IMG/VR virus record: IMGVR_UViG_3300042450_001700
From: an uncultured virus (IMG/VR IMGVR_UViG_3300042450_001700)
Taxonomy: Duplodnaviria > Heunggongvirae > Uroviricota > Caudoviricetes
Reading direction: 5' to 3' (one strand)
Length of the DNA: 64,000 bases
The notes under the pieces are model-generated. The model did not search any database, was not told the DNA's origin, and saw only the letters and a list, made by a program, of their open reading frames with translations. Both the position numbers and the translations under genes were made by a program. Of this stretch, positions 18,770 to 28,440 are shown piece by piece (the stretch's first letter is position 1; each line of letters begins with the position of its first letter).

Positions 18770-19225
18770 ATGGCAGCAGGCAATGAAGTCACACTGGTAG
18801 GAAACGTCACTTCTGACCCGGAGTTGCAGATCACCCCGTCAGGTGTTTCTGTCGCCCGGTTCGGGTTGGCTTGGAACAGGCGATTCCAGAAGGACGGCGA
18901 ATGGCAGGAGGAGCCAAACTTCTTCGACATCACTTGTTGGAAGGAGACTGCGGAGAACGTGGTGGAGTCGTTCCGTAAGGGTGATCGTGTTCTTGTCTCC
19001 GGTCGTCTTGAGCATTCCCGTTGGGAAGACAAGAAGACTGGGGAGAAGCGGTCGAAGGTTGGTGTCGTAGCTGATGAGGTTGCGGGGACTACTCGTTGGG
19101 CGACGGTTGAGATGCACAAGGTTGAGCAGGCTGGCGGGCGTAGCGATGATCGTGGGCGTAGTTCTGCTCCTCGTAAGCGTGCGCCACAGCGTGAGGAATC
19201 CTATGAGAACGAGGAACCTTTCTAA
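18770..19225 (+). CDS. ssb: Single-stranded DNA-binding protein
   Basis: VTLVGNVTSDPEL, AENVVESFRKGDRVLVSGRL and C-terminal EEPF. Confidence 0.95.
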   Translation: MAAGNEVTLVGNVTSDPELQITPSGVSVARFGLAWNRRFQKDGEWQEEPNFFDITCWKETAENVVESFRKGDRVLVSGRLEHSRWEDKKTGEKRSKVGVVADEVAGTTRWATVEMHKVEQAGGRSDDRGRSSAPRKRAPQREESYENEEPF

Positions 19226-19377
19226 ACCGTTTGCGTTGTTGTTGTTGGTTGCGGCCCGCTTTCTGCTTTTGCAGGGAGCGGGTTTCAGCTTTTCCAAAGA
19301 TATTTGTGAATGGGTTTGTAATTGTCACACCCATGTGATTGACTGTAGTCGTACTCACAACACGACAGGAGCAGGAC

Positions 19378-19521
19378 ATGAAGATCAAGGAAGCAGTAAA
19401 GGCCACGAGGATCGCAGAACGCAACGCACGAGTTGCAGCCATGCGTGACGGTCGCCGCCAAACCGCCCACAAGTTTGTGGATCGTAAGAAGGAAGCTTCC
19501 CGTCGGGCTTGCCGAGGCTAA
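19378..19521 (+). CDS. Small basic protein
   Basis: AGGAG SD; ...DRKKEASRRACRG end typical of small phage proteins. Confidence 0.6.
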   Translation: MKIKEAVKATRIAERNARVAAMRDGRRQTAHKFVDRKKEASRRACRG

Positions 19522-19581
19522 CCCTTCACTGTCACACCCACCCCGTATACTGATTCACAACACAACACAAGGAGAACAGCA

Positions 19582-19920
19582 ATGAACGCACTACAAGAAC
19601 TACTCAAGTTTCTACGGTCACTACCAGAGGTTGGCCTACTCGAAGATGCCGTCAAAGAACTTGCAGCCGCAAACGGTGGTCGTGAAGACGACACCTTCTG
19701 GAGCGAGGCAGAAGACCTCACCTACGAATGCGAGTTGCGGGCTATGGACCTGCAAGAGAAGCTTGACTCGTTGGGTATCAACTACCAATCACAGTGGGGT
19801 GTAAACAACTCGTGGTCCGTGCGACTCGGCACAAACGACCGCACCCTGAACGGTCACACCTTACCCGGCCCGGTCATCGCTGACTGCCGCACCACCACCG
19901 AAAGTTACTTCACGGAATGA
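19582..19920 (+). CDS. Hypothetical protein
   Basis: Class II promoter at 19530-19551 and AAGGAG SD. Confidence 0.7.
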   Translation: MNALQELLKFLRSLPEVGLLEDAVKELAAANGGREDDTFWSEAEDLTYECELRAMDLQEKLDSLGINYQSQWGVNNSWSVRLGTNDRTLNGHTLPGPVIADCRTTTESYFTE

Positions 19921-20111
19921 CACAACTCAGATTCACCGCAGCAGACATCGACCGGCTCAAAGCCACAGCAATCCTCATGGTCGGTTTCGACTGGCCCGAG
20001 GAAACAATCTGTAGAGCAATGGCTCACAGTGTCGGCTTAGGTTGGGAAGACTTCACGATGCCAGAGCGTGACTACACACTCATGCTGATCCGTGGAACCC
20101 TGATGGTCTAA
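19917..20111 (+). CDS. Hypothetical protein
   Basis: ATGA-coupled. Confidence 0.6.
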   Translation: MTQLRFTAADIDRLKATAILMVGFDWPEETICRAMAHSVGLGWEDFTMPERDYTLMLIRGTLMV

Positions 20112-20302
20112 CCCTCAACGTCGTGGTTCGCGTACTGAACACGCGCATCAGGAAACGCAGCACGCGCTTTGCGAACCGCATGCCACTTGAACCTGAACCC
20201 CTGCTCGGCAGAACCGATCACCCGGTTGTTACCCGCGACTGCCCGCCAGCGCCACAGCCCAGTCTCGTCGGCGTAGATGACAACCTTGTTCCCTTTAGCC
20301 AT
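20108..20302 (-). CDS. DUF1508/YegP-like small protein
   Basis: IYADETGLWRWRAVAGNNRVIGSAEQGF motif; ATG overlaps the endolysin stop. Confidence 0.65.
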   Translation of the reverse strand: MAKGNKVVIYADETGLWRWRAVAGNNRVIGSAEQGFRFKWHAVRKARAAFPDARVQYANHDVEG

Positions 20303-21069
20303 TACGACTGCAAACGCTGAGACAGAAGGTTCGCTGTTGCTGTCGCGTTTTCTGCCGACGACGGTGCAGCAGCCCCGCCGCCGGTAACGACAATCGGGTT
20401 CACCGTCTTGTTCGCCGTCAACGTATTGAAAGTTGCAAGCGTAACGTCCTGAACCTTCGCCCCAAAGAAAACGAGCAGTTGTAGCTCCTCCGGTGAAAGC
20501 CAACGACGGTTGAAATCGTCGATCACTTCGACACGCCCGTGGCTAGGATCACCGGGCTGATTTACTCTTAGATAACTGCTTGCCATTTCATCCTCCGGTG
20601 TTGGGATCGGTTGCGACCCGGTTGCTATTCCTGTTGCTATCTCGGCAGGGCTTGCGACGATCTCGTAGTGCATCGCATCTTTGTTGCCTGAGTAATCCCC
20701 GCCCCAACGGAACACGTTGACCCCGTTGTTTGTTCTGATCGCTTTGATCTCATCGACCATTCCGCGAGGCATGTCTGTTATCAGGACCGGCCCGTAGGGG
20801 TTCTGCTGCCAGTTGATGTCTGCCGCTATCCCGTAGGCGTGCAGGGAGTACTGCGTGCCGCCCGTTATGGCACGACAGTTGTACGCACCACAGTCGGGTG
20901 GGGTTGCCTTGTAGTTCCACTTGATGAGTACAGCGTTGAGTGCTTGCCATGCGTCAACGGTTGAAGCACGAACACTGATCGACGCACCGCCAAACAGGGG
21001 GACGGAAGCGAACGGCCCAGTGCAGGCGGGTTCCCAGAGGACTCGGAGTTGTGCTGTCGTCCGGCTCAT
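20302..21069 (-). CDS. Endolysin, M15 family peptidase
   Basis: R...SLHAYGIAADIN (SxHxxGxAxD) and WGG...DAMHYE motifs. Confidence 0.88.
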   Translation of the reverse strand: MSRTTAQLRVLWEPACTGPFASVPLFGGASISVRASTVDAWQALNAVLIKWNYKATPPDCGAYNCRAITGGTQYSLHAYGIAADINWQQNPYGPVLITDMPRGMVDEIKAIRTNNGVNVFRWGGDYSGNKDAMHYEIVASPAEIATGIATGSQPIPTPEDEMASSYLRVNQPGDPSHGRVEVIDDFNRRWLSPEELQLLVFFGAKVQDVTLATFNTLTANKTVNPIVVTGGGAAAPSSAENATATANLLSQRLQS

Positions 21070-21215
21070 ATCATTTCTTCTTCATCGTTCATGCCGTGCG
21101 GGGCGTTGTCGTCGGGGAATGCCCCGGCGTGGATGACGATTCCTTGTCGGGCGTATAGCTCGTGGTCAACAAGATCGACGTAGCGATCTAGGTCTTCTGC
21201 GGTGGGGTCGTCCAT
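21066..21215 (-). CDS. Small acidic protein (49 aa)
   Basis: MDDPTAEDLDRY..., ATGA overlap with endolysin; TACGAT-N7-ATG leaderless start. Confidence 0.5.
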   Translation of the reverse strand: MDDPTAEDLDRYVDLVDHELYARQGIVIHAGAFPDDNAPHGMNDEEEMI

Positions 21216-21284
21216 GTGGTTGATCGTAGTCGTGTGGTTGTGGGTTGGCAGGGTGGTATTGGCGATGTGACAAGAGTCACAAAC

Positions 21285-21334
21285 AAATAGTAGTTATTGA
21301 CTTGATTAGTGTAGAACCATCAACTACATTCATA
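21285..21334 (+). promoter_or_regulatory. Class I promoter with operator
   Basis: TTGATT(21302)-N17-TACATT(21325); operator GTAGAACCATCAACTAC at 21311-21327. Confidence 0.75.
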
Positions 21335-22015
21335 GGGGTAGGAGCAACCAACAGCAAGGAGCAACATCACTGAAGCAACCAAAACAAACAGAGAACGACC
21401 GCCACCCGAGCCAGACCCAAGGCTCCATCAAGACAGTTCGCTTGAGTCTTGAAAGGGTGAGGCGGCAGTAGCGCACCACTACAAATCACGGTGACGGTTC
21501 CAGCCGAGGAACAGAAAGTAACGGCAAAGCCTGAGAAACAACAGGCAACTCAGCTAGTCAAGCTGAAAGCGAAGCGTGCGCAATCCTTGGCACTTGAGGT
21601 GAAGAATCAAACGGCCACCGAGTAACCCATACAACCACAGCTCTTGGAATAGAGCCACGGAACTCATCGTACTCCTCTCCCTTGCAACATATCTAAGGGT
21701 TGCGCACACTTCGCTTCCAGTCCGACTAGCTACACAGAAACCGCAGAGACATCAGGGCAACCCTTGCAGGGTTGTAAACCTGTGACAGGTCACGGACCCG
21801 GCAAGAGTCCACTCAAGGCATTGAGGACCACACAGGCGACTGCGCCTGATGTACTGACTGCGGCGAGGTAGTTGGATAACGACCTGTGACAGGGTGCTAG
21901 TAGAGATTCACTCATTGGCTTGCCGCCAGACTGAGGCCCGAGCTAGATCACACCCCGAGCTTTTCCTGTCCTATACCGGCAGAACAGCCCCGCCTAGCGC
22001 GGGGCTTTCTGCTTT
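21335..22015 (+). ncRNA. Large structured ncRNA candidate A (~680 nt)
   Basis: No ORF >=60 aa in any frame; bounded by promoter and terminator; long helix 21552-21590/21694-21731; 5'/3' end pairing. Confidence 0.7.
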
Positions 22016-22017
22016 TT
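21979..22017 (+). terminator. Intrinsic terminator (possibly bidirectional)
   Basis: AGCCCCGC-CTAGC-GCGGGGCT hairpin followed by TTCTGCTTTTT. Confidence 0.8.
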
Positions 22018-22444
22018 AGTCAGCCATCGGCTCAGGAATAACCACAGCCGGAAGCAACGCAGCCGACTCCGGGTCACCAACCCGCCGAGCGCCTTCCGCC
22101 TTCAACGCCGCCACAGCGCCCACAGCCCCAGCCCCAAGCGCCGCCTTCCAGAAGTCACCCGACTGAACGTCCAACACGGGTGCCATCACCATGAACGCAA
22201 GGAACGCAGACGCACCTGACCGGGCGACACGCAACGTAAGGTCAGTGTAGAACGGCATACCCACCGGGATCACAGCGGAGTTGACTGAGTTGAGCGCAAG
22301 AGTGATAACCGCTGACACCCCAGCCAACGCTGCGCACTGAACAGCGGTCCAACCGAAAGCCATACCGCCGAACAACGCCACGACAAAAGCTTGAATAAAC
22401 TGAGCTAAAACCTTTTCAACGATTGGTGCAAGTAGCTGTTTCAT
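22016..22444 (-). CDS. Holin-like membrane protein
   Basis: Multiple TM segments, ...FIQAF and VGDPESAALLP ending, near the endolysin. Confidence 0.7.
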   Translation of the reverse strand: MKQLLAPIVEKVLAQFIQAFVVALFGGMAFGWTAVQCAALAGVSAVITLALNSVNSAVIPVGMPFYTDLTLRVARSGASAFLAFMVMAPVLDVQSGDFWKAALGAGAVGAVAALKAEGARRVGDPESAALLPAVVIPEPMAD

Positions 22445-22815
22445 TCTTCTCCTTCATCAGTTTTCCGGGTGCGTGCGGTCCGCTTGTAATCTACAAGCGA
22501 ATCCGGCATCGGCACGTTTACCTGTTTGAGATGTTCGACCAGTGCGACAAACCTGCGTTCCAACTCGTTACACCGAGCAGCCTCAGCAGCCGACTTCGCT
22601 TCAAGCCGGTCATACCGAGATTCGCTCTTACCAAGATCAACTTCTAACGCCGCCAGACGCTTGCCGAGCATCTCCGCTGCGGGGACTGTTGCGTTCAACA
22701 ACCTTTCCGCATAGTCAGCCTGCGAAGGTCTACGACCCGCAATATAAGTGAGGACAGTTGTTAGCGCGCCAAGACCAATCGCCACTAGCGTTGTCACTCC
22801 AAACTGTTCAGCCAC
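22441..22815 (-). CDS. Membrane-anchored coiled-coil protein (lysis region)
   Basis: N-terminal TM helix followed by a coiled coil. Confidence 0.65.
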   Translation of the reverse strand: MAEQFGVTTLVAIGLGALTTVLTYIAGRRPSQADYAERLLNATVPAAEMLGKRLAALEVDLGKSESRYDRLEAKSAAEAARCNELERRFVALVEHLKQVNVPMPDSLVDYKRTARTRKTDEGEE

Positions 22816-23144
22816 GCGTCGCCCCGTTCTATCTGTTCCATCAGTTCAGCCTGCTTTTTCATCAGCAGAGTTTCAAGCGAAGCGGACAACGCCACACAAC
22901 AAATCCCGAACGCTATACAAACAGCAAACGCCACAGAGATTGAAAGTTCGTAGCTCTCAGCAACAAACCCGTGTGCGAATAATACGGCACCGATAGCAAT
23001 TCCCCATGATGCTAAAGCAATCATTGTGAAACCGAACCGGGCGAGACGAGTCAAGTAAGCGTGAAGCACAACACTGCACACCAAAAGACCTACACCGCCC
23101 CATACAACAAAAATCAGACCCGCCGCTAACCACAAACCGTTCAT
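22794..23144 (-). CDS. Multi-pass membrane protein
   Basis: Three hydrophobic segments. Confidence 0.65.
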   Translation of the reverse strand: MNGLWLAAGLIFVVWGGVGLLVCSVVLHAYLTRLARFGFTMIALASWGIAIGAVLFAHGFVAESYELSISVAFAVCIAFGICCVALSASLETLLMKKQAELMEQIERGDAWLNSLE

Positions 23145-24067
23145 GCTTCTTCAGCCTCCAACAAGTCTGTCATCAGCAACGTGAACTTCCCGACGTTCGA
23201 CCCTGCCCAACTGCTACCTGTCTGAACTTGAATATGAGGTTGCAACGGTTTCGTAGGATCATTGTTTGTAAAGCCTGAACGGTCGATGATCCTCAACCCG
23301 TACAACGCAGCAGCCTCAGCAAGCGAACGGCACTCACCGCCAAGAGCAACCATCTGCTGATATGAACCAGACCCACGATCCAACACCAACTTCCCCCCGG
23401 CTCGTGGGCCAGTGGTAAGCGTCCCGTCGCAACCAACGTAATCCGGTAGGACAATCGCTAAGTCATGCGGGTCATCATGCGACCACGGGGTCCACAAGTG
23501 CATGTGATGGGCGTAACCGGTAGCGGTGCATGGTTTACCCTGAACGCACACACCGTCCAACCAGCGGCCCCACATGAGCGCCTGATTAGGTATAGGCGGT
23601 AACGCAGGGGCAGCAACCGGGTCGAACTGGATTAGCTCGTGAACCGTTCCATCCGGCGAGGTAATAACCTCGTGTCTGTCCCAGCTTGGGGTCGGCCAGC
23701 CTCGTGTGTAGTACTCGCCTGAGGCAGGCAACGGAATCACCGTCCGGGTTTGTTCCCACTTTCCGTACCCGCCGCCGTAAGTAAGAACCCTGTTCTGGTT
23801 CAACCCTTGTTGCATGAATGTTCCGGTTGAAATACCTGACGGGCCGACAACATCCGGGGAGAACGGGCGTGTTGTCAAACCGATGTACCAGTTAGGCCAT
23901 TGAACCGGCCCTGATGGGATAGCAACCGTTCTAGCTTTGGTTACTTCAACCCGACTACAAACAGGAAGCGTAAAGTACTTCCATTGGGTCGCCCTGTGTG
24001 CGAGGCGTGACCAAGTGTTGACGTTCTGCCCCCAAACCAGCCGCTCTAACGCGTTAGGTGTCGCCAT
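23141..24067 (-). CDS. Hypothetical protein (308 aa, leaderless)
   Basis: TACAAT-N6-ATG; long ORF rich in W/P/G. Confidence 0.7.
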   Translation of the reverse strand: MATPNALERLVWGQNVNTWSRLAHRATQWKYFTLPVCSRVEVTKARTVAIPSGPVQWPNWYIGLTTRPFSPDVVGPSGISTGTFMQQGLNQNRVLTYGGGYGKWEQTRTVIPLPASGEYYTRGWPTPSWDRHEVITSPDGTVHELIQFDPVAAPALPPIPNQALMWGRWLDGVCVQGKPCTATGYAHHMHLWTPWSHDDPHDLAIVLPDYVGCDGTLTTGPRAGGKLVLDRGSGSYQQMVALGGECRSLAEAAALYGLRIIDRSGFTNNDPTKPLQPHIQVQTGSSWAGSNVGKFTLLMTDLLEAEEA

Positions 24068-24107
24068 CCGCTAATTGTAAACCAGACTCTCAGGAATGTC
24101 GGGAGGG

Positions 24108-24380
24108 TTACGGGCAGACTTCCTCAAAGAACGCTTCTGCCACATCGGGGTCTACGTTGTTTTCGATAGCCGTTGATCTTGCGAGTGACGGGTCGATGTC
24201 GATAGCCATGCACACGTTTGCTTGACTTTCAATGTCTTCCTCGTCCCATGATTCTTGCAACCCGGCGTATTCGCTCAAGTCGGAACCGGTTATGCCGCTG
24301 TCGAAGCTGTTGCCGTCGTAGCTGTCAGAGCCGCACCCAGCGGCAGCGAACAAAGCGACGATTAGTAGTAGTTTCCTCAT
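24108..24380 (-). CDS. Acidic lipoprotein
   Basis: MRKLLLIVALFAAAGC lipobox. Confidence 0.7.
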   Translation of the reverse strand: MRKLLLIVALFAAAGCGSDSYDGNSFDSGITGSDLSEYAGLQESWDEEDIESQANVCMAIDIDPSLARSTAIENNVDPDVAEAFFEEVCP

Positions 24381-24415
24381 AGCGTCACCATATCCTCTGA
24401 GGTAGACAGAAAGCT

Positions 24416-24754
24416 TTAGTAGGCATCTAGGTTCACCCACCGTGCGACAACCGCTAACAAGTTGTCGTAGTCGCCGCCTGTTGCGTCATTGTTGAAATCG
24501 GTTGTCTGTTCCTTGGTTGCGCCTGCTGAATGCAGTGCTTGTGTCACAGCGCCGAGGATGTAGAAGGCGTTTCCTTCTGGCCCGTTCAAGTCGATTTCGA
24601 TTTCAACTTCAGGGAACATCGGAACCGTGTGTGTCGCTACGAACTGTTCGGCTTCTTGTTCAGTTGCGAACGTGCCGACGAGTGTGTCGTCTTCTGTTCG
24701 CACCATGAACGGAAGCGATGCCGAGGATTCAAGTTTGCTGATCGTGAGTGTCAT
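24416..24754 (-). CDS. Conserved phage hypothetical protein
   Basis: DLNGPEGNAFYILG.V..AL..AG...GDYDNLL motif; ATGA-coupled. Confidence 0.7.
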   Translation of the reverse strand: MTLTISKLESSASLPFMVRTEDDTLVGTFATEQEAEQFVATHTVPMFPEVEIEIDLNGPEGNAFYILGAVTQALHSAGATKEQTTDFNNDATGGDYDNLLAVVARWVNLDAY

Positions 24755-24975
24755 GCCGCCACCTGCCGAGCGGCAACGATTGCGACAGCGGCGGCGATTG
24801 TATCGACCGAGGGGCGGGTGGTGCAGCCTGCTCCTTCTGCGATGCGGGTCCAGATCAACCCGTCCAATGGGAAGTCGAACAGGTAACGGTTGGGGATTTC
24901 CCACTCAGCGGCGGAGTCCGCAATGCGGATCGCAAGTTCGATTCGGTTCTTCAGGTGTTCTGGATGTAGTGCCAT
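24751..24975 (-). CDS. HPxHL-family small protein, copy 2
   Basis: GAGGAG SD; MALHPEHLKNR...; class II promoter at 25010-25031. Confidence 0.7.
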   Translation of the reverse strand: MALHPEHLKNRIELAIRIADSAAEWEIPNRYLFDFPLDGLIWTRIAEGAGCTTRPSVDTIAAAVAIVAARQVAA

Positions 24976-25034
24976 GTTCTGTTCTCCTCGTTGTTGTGAC
25001 TTGTTAGTGATTGTAGCTAGGGGGTGGGACAGTA

Positions 25035-25238
25035 TTACTCTGCCCGCTCCCATTGTTCTGCTTGGCGGATGGCGATGACCCTGCGCAACATGTCACGCTT
25101 CAATTCGTGGTCCATAGCCTCGCTTTTCAATCCGCACTTGGATGCCATCTGGAACATTGCGTCCTCAAATGCTTCTTCGCGAATCATCTGATCGGTCGTG
25201 TTCTTGCGGATGTATTCTTGGATTGCTGTTTCTTTCAT
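25035..25238 (-). CDS. Hypothetical protein
   Basis: AAGGAG SD and its own class II promoter at 25273-25294. Confidence 0.65.
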   Translation of the reverse strand: MKETAIQEYIRKNTTDQMIREEAFEDAMFQMASKCGLKSEAMDHELKRDMLRRVIAIRQAEQWERAE

Positions 25239-25304
25239 CTTGGTTCTCCTTGGTTGTGATTACTTGTTAGTTATTGTAGTTGGGGGGTGTGACAGTAAGT
25301 TGGA

Positions 25305-25607
25305 TCAGCGAACGTGCTTGATGATCGCTCGGCGGGCTGCGGCGACTGTTGTGTAGTCCCGCTCGGTATCGTCAGGGAACTGAACCCGGACCATCTTGGT
25401 GCCGGGGTTCATCATGGAGCGCATCATCTCAGCGTCGGCTCCGAAGCGGATGACGTTCAAGTCCCACACCATGTAGTTGTCGAATGCTGGTCCGTAGGCG
25501 GTGAAAAGGCAGGCGGCGATTCCGTCGCGGTTGGTGATTCCTTCGCCGTCGGAGAAGCGAATCTGGAAGCCGGTTGCTGATGTTGCGAAGGTGTCGGTGT
25601 TGCTCAT
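25305..25607 (-). CDS. Hypothetical protein
   Basis: AGGAG SD; ~130-nt leader from the class II promoter at 25747-25768. Confidence 0.65.
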   Translation of the reverse strand: MSNTDTFATSATGFQIRFSDGEGITNRDGIAACLFTAYGPAFDNYMVWDLNVIRFGADAEMMRSMMNPGTKMVRVQFPDDTERDYTTVAAARRAIIKHVR

Positions 25608-25889
25608 GGTGCTTCTCCTAGATCGTTGTGTTGGGTTGGGAGCCTCGGTGTCTCCCGTGGGGGTGTCTCATCCTCCCCTGCGATGGCCTCGGATTTGTTA
25701 CAAGCTTTGACTCCGGTGCCGATCAACTGCTCGCTTGTGTAGATAACCATACAGCATGTCTGTGACAGTGAGTGACCAAAACGGAACATTTCTTCAAATT
25801 CTTTTCCAAACCCCAAACCCGACCCCGCCGATGAGCGCCCAACAGCGGGTTCCACGACCCGAGTCCATCACGCAAGGTAGACTCCGCCG

Positions 25890-26729
25890 ATGAGCAAACT
25901 TGTAGGGCTATCCCCATCCAGTGTTCAGCTATGGGAACAATGCCCACGCAAGTTCAAGGAAGAAAAGATGATGGGCCGATCAGGTGGCACAGGTGAAGCC
26001 GCGCTACTCGGCACGTTCGTCCATCTCGCACTCGAACATCTCATGCAACTACCAACCGAAGAACGAGTCATCGAAACAGCCCGCATGATCGCGCGTTCCT
26101 CGTGGGAAGAATTTGCTGCATCACGAGAATGGATCGGATGGGTTTCCGAAACAGGGTTTGATGATGAGCAAGCGTTTCGTCGTCGGGGCTGGGCAAGCAT
26201 CTGCGGCTATTTCCAAATGGAGAATCCGCAACAGGTTGAGGTTGTTGCAACCGAGCGTTTCATTTCGGCAACTCTTGAAGGTGTTCCTGTCAGGGGGATT
26301 GTTGACAGGCTTGATCGTGATGTGTTCGGCAATGTTGTGATCGTTGATTACAAGACAGGCAAGGTTCCATCCCCGTGGTTCCGCGCACCGAAGATGCAAC
26401 AACTCAACATCTATGCGGCGCTCGTTGAAGAGGTTGACGGGGTGCGACCTGATGAGGGCCGGTTGTTGTTCACTTCGTTCTCGGAGACTATTGCTACGGA
26501 TGTGACTGCGGAGTCTGTGTGGTCTGCGGTTGAGGTGTTGAAGAATGCGTGGGCGGCGATTGACCGGGCGGCGAACGATGATGTGTTCCCTGCGAAGGTT
26601 GGACCGTTGTGTGGTTGGTGTCCGTTTGTTGGTGAGTGTGTTGATGGGTTGGCTGAGGTGAAGTCTCGGCGGTCTGCGGGGAAGTTGAAGAAGACTGCTC
26701 CGGCTTGGGAGTTAGCGGCGGGCGAGTGA
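25890..26729 (+). CDS. PD-(D/E)XK RecB/Cas4-like exonuclease
   Basis: LSPSS...CP, GTFVH, RGIVDRLD, IVDYKTG, QLNIY and CGWCPF...C motifs; leaderless TAGACT-N6-ATG. Confidence 0.9.
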   Translation: MSKLVGLSPSSVQLWEQCPRKFKEEKMMGRSGGTGEAALLGTFVHLALEHLMQLPTEERVIETARMIARSSWEEFAASREWIGWVSETGFDDEQAFRRRGWASICGYFQMENPQQVEVVATERFISATLEGVPVRGIVDRLDRDVFGNVVIVDYKTGKVPSPWFRAPKMQQLNIYAALVEEVDGVRPDEGRLLFTSFSETIATDVTAESVWSAVEVLKNAWAAIDRAANDDVFPAKVGPLCGWCPFVGECVDGLAEVKSRRSAGKLKKTAPAWELAAGE

Positions 26730-26734
26730 CCCTG

Positions 26735-26800
26735 AAAAGGAATATCAAACAATCCGCTTTATTGAATTGACATGTGTAGTCGATGGGACTATCTTGATGG
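26735..26800 (+). promoter_or_regulatory. Class I promoter with operator
   Basis: TTGACA(26767)-N17-TATCTT(26790). Confidence 0.8.
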
Positions 26801-27197
26801 GGGTAAGGCAATACATCCGAAACGAACCGGCGCAACCGGGGGTCAAGGCGGGGGGACAACCGTAGCAAAAGGGTTCCAACAAGCACCAAGGTCAACGGCC
26901 CGCTAGTGGACATCAGACACTCAGCAGGGATACGGCAACGCATCCCCAACGCAAGCCAGCACGCATTAGCGGGAACACGAGTCTTGATGGCAGAAGCAAC
27001 GCACGAGCAATCTTGCATCGTTGAGAAACGAACAGACAAGAGGTTCAATCGTGACGTAAGAGCTACCGAAAGTAGTTCTGAATGTGAGGCGTGCCTGAGT
27101 TCGTGGATTGCGCATCTAGTAGCAAAAGCGCAGTAAGGGGTTTGGTGAATCAAACTTGTTGGAACCGGATTACGGTCCCCCCGCCCTTTTCGGTTTT
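26801..27197 (+). ncRNA. Structured ncRNA candidate B (~395 nt)
   Basis: Perfect long-range stems 26847-26857/27175-27185 and 26872-26883/27155-27166; many GNRA-type hairpins; U-rich 3' end. Confidence 0.75.
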
Positions 27198-27412
27198 TAC
27201 ACCGTCATCCGACGGGACTCCACCCGCACGCCCTGTTGCTCTGCGAAGACGCGTGCTTCACGCAGCGTGTAGAACACTGATTCTTCTCCGGCGGCAGTCA
27301 CGACGAACATCACTTTGGACCTAGCTACGCCACGCTCAAACGCCGCAGCCTGTAACTGGGTAGGCGCTGCCGTGGCTGTTGTACGTTTGGCTTTGCCGCA
27401 TCCGCATCCCAT
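27197..27412 (-). CDS. Small MGCGC-type protein
   Basis: MGCGCGKAKR...; ATG overlaps the upstream stop. Confidence 0.65.
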   Translation of the reverse strand: MGCGCGKAKRTTATAAPTQLQAAAFERGVARSKVMFVVTAAGEESVFYTLREARVFAEQQGVRVESRRMTV

Positions 27413-27648
27413 TAGGCGGGAACCTCGTCTGGTTCGGATCGTCCTTCGATGATCCAGCCCGGACCCTTCTGCCGTTGTGCGTACCAGCGGGCTTCGCGTA
27501 GTAGGTAGAACCGTACTGGTTCTAGTCCTGTGTGTTCTGGTGGGATTGCGTAGAACCAGACATGGGTTGGTTGGCCGGTGGTGGTTGGCGCTGATCTTGC
27601 TCCGCTGACTGGTGGGAGCCGTTTGTTCTTTCCGCAGTTGCAGGCCAT
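27412..27648 (-). CDS. Small MACNC-type protein
   Basis: MACNCGKNKR...FYLLREAR; paralog of the adjacent gene (FYTLREAR). Confidence 0.65.
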   Translation of the reverse strand: MACNCGKNKRLPPVSGARSAPTTTGQPTHVWFYAIPPEHTGLEPVRFYLLREARWYAQRQKGPGWIIEGRSEPDEVPA

Positions 27649-27807
27649 TGGGTGATGGTAGTTGGTGTCGGGTGTTGGGGGATAGCGTTGTCGGGTTTTG
27701 GGGGTCGAAAAGAAATCTGAAGAAATATCCTATTTGGACTTGCGGGCTGTAGTCGTATCGACTATCTTGATGGGGGTAAGGCAATTCACAACAAAGGAGC
27801 AAGGCAC

Positions 27808-28038
27808 ATGGGAATCGAAATCGAAGTACGGAACGGAATGGTCATCGAAGTTGATGAAGACTTCAACACAGAGTCCAATGACATAACCGTATGGGTGCTG
27901 GAAGTCGAAGTATTCGACCCTCAAGCGTCACCATGCTTTTCAAGCATCACCGAATACGGTGTCTTTGAGACATCCGCTGAGGCTGAGGCTGACGCACCTG
28001 AAGATGCGAAGCTTTACGAGGCGGAGGTGACAGCGTAA
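27808..28038 (+). CDS. Acidic hypothetical protein
   Basis: Class I promoter at 27740-27768, AAGGAG SD; paralog at 48690. Confidence 0.7.
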   Translation: MGIEIEVRNGMVIEVDEDFNTESNDITVWVLEVEVFDPQASPCFSSITEYGVFETSAEAEADAPEDAKLYEAEVTA

Positions 28039-28343
28039 TGGCAAAACACGCGGCACTCCCGATGAAGCCACTGTGGGACATCGCTCGCAGCATGAGTGAT
28101 GACCCGATGTTCAACCAGCGTGACTTCGCCCGAGCAGTCAACCATTCCACACGGGCCGTGACCCGTTGGATCACGGCAGGCGAAACCCTTTCGTGGGTGT
28201 CGGCAGACGAGGCGGCTATCGCACTCGGTTTGCATCCGATCCTTGTTTGGGGCGAAGCATGGTTGAACGTACGTGGCGAGTTGACTGATCTGGAAGCCGA
28301 AGTGATTGGCGATCTGGAAACGGAAGCACTCACCGATCTATAA
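28038..28343 (+). CDS. HTH-like DNA-binding protein
   Basis: NQRDFARAVNHSTRAVTRW...ADEAAIALGLHP..VWG pattern. Confidence 0.6.
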   Translation: MAKHAALPMKPLWDIARSMSDDPMFNQRDFARAVNHSTRAVTRWITAGETLSWVSADEAAIALGLHPILVWGEAWLNVRGELTDLEAEVIGDLETEALTDL

Positions 28344-28440
28344 ACAATCTGAGTTATAGGTGGTGTGGCGCTCAATAGTGTCACACCACCTAGATACACT
28401 TATCAAACAAGCAAGTCACAACTACCAAGGAGCGAGAGCA

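Noticed and set aside
26494..27324. ORFs 26494..27153(-), 26906..27136(+) and 27091..27324(+)
   Set aside because: No SD or recognisable motifs; they overlap the exonuclease, the promoter and the strongly paired RNA candidate B
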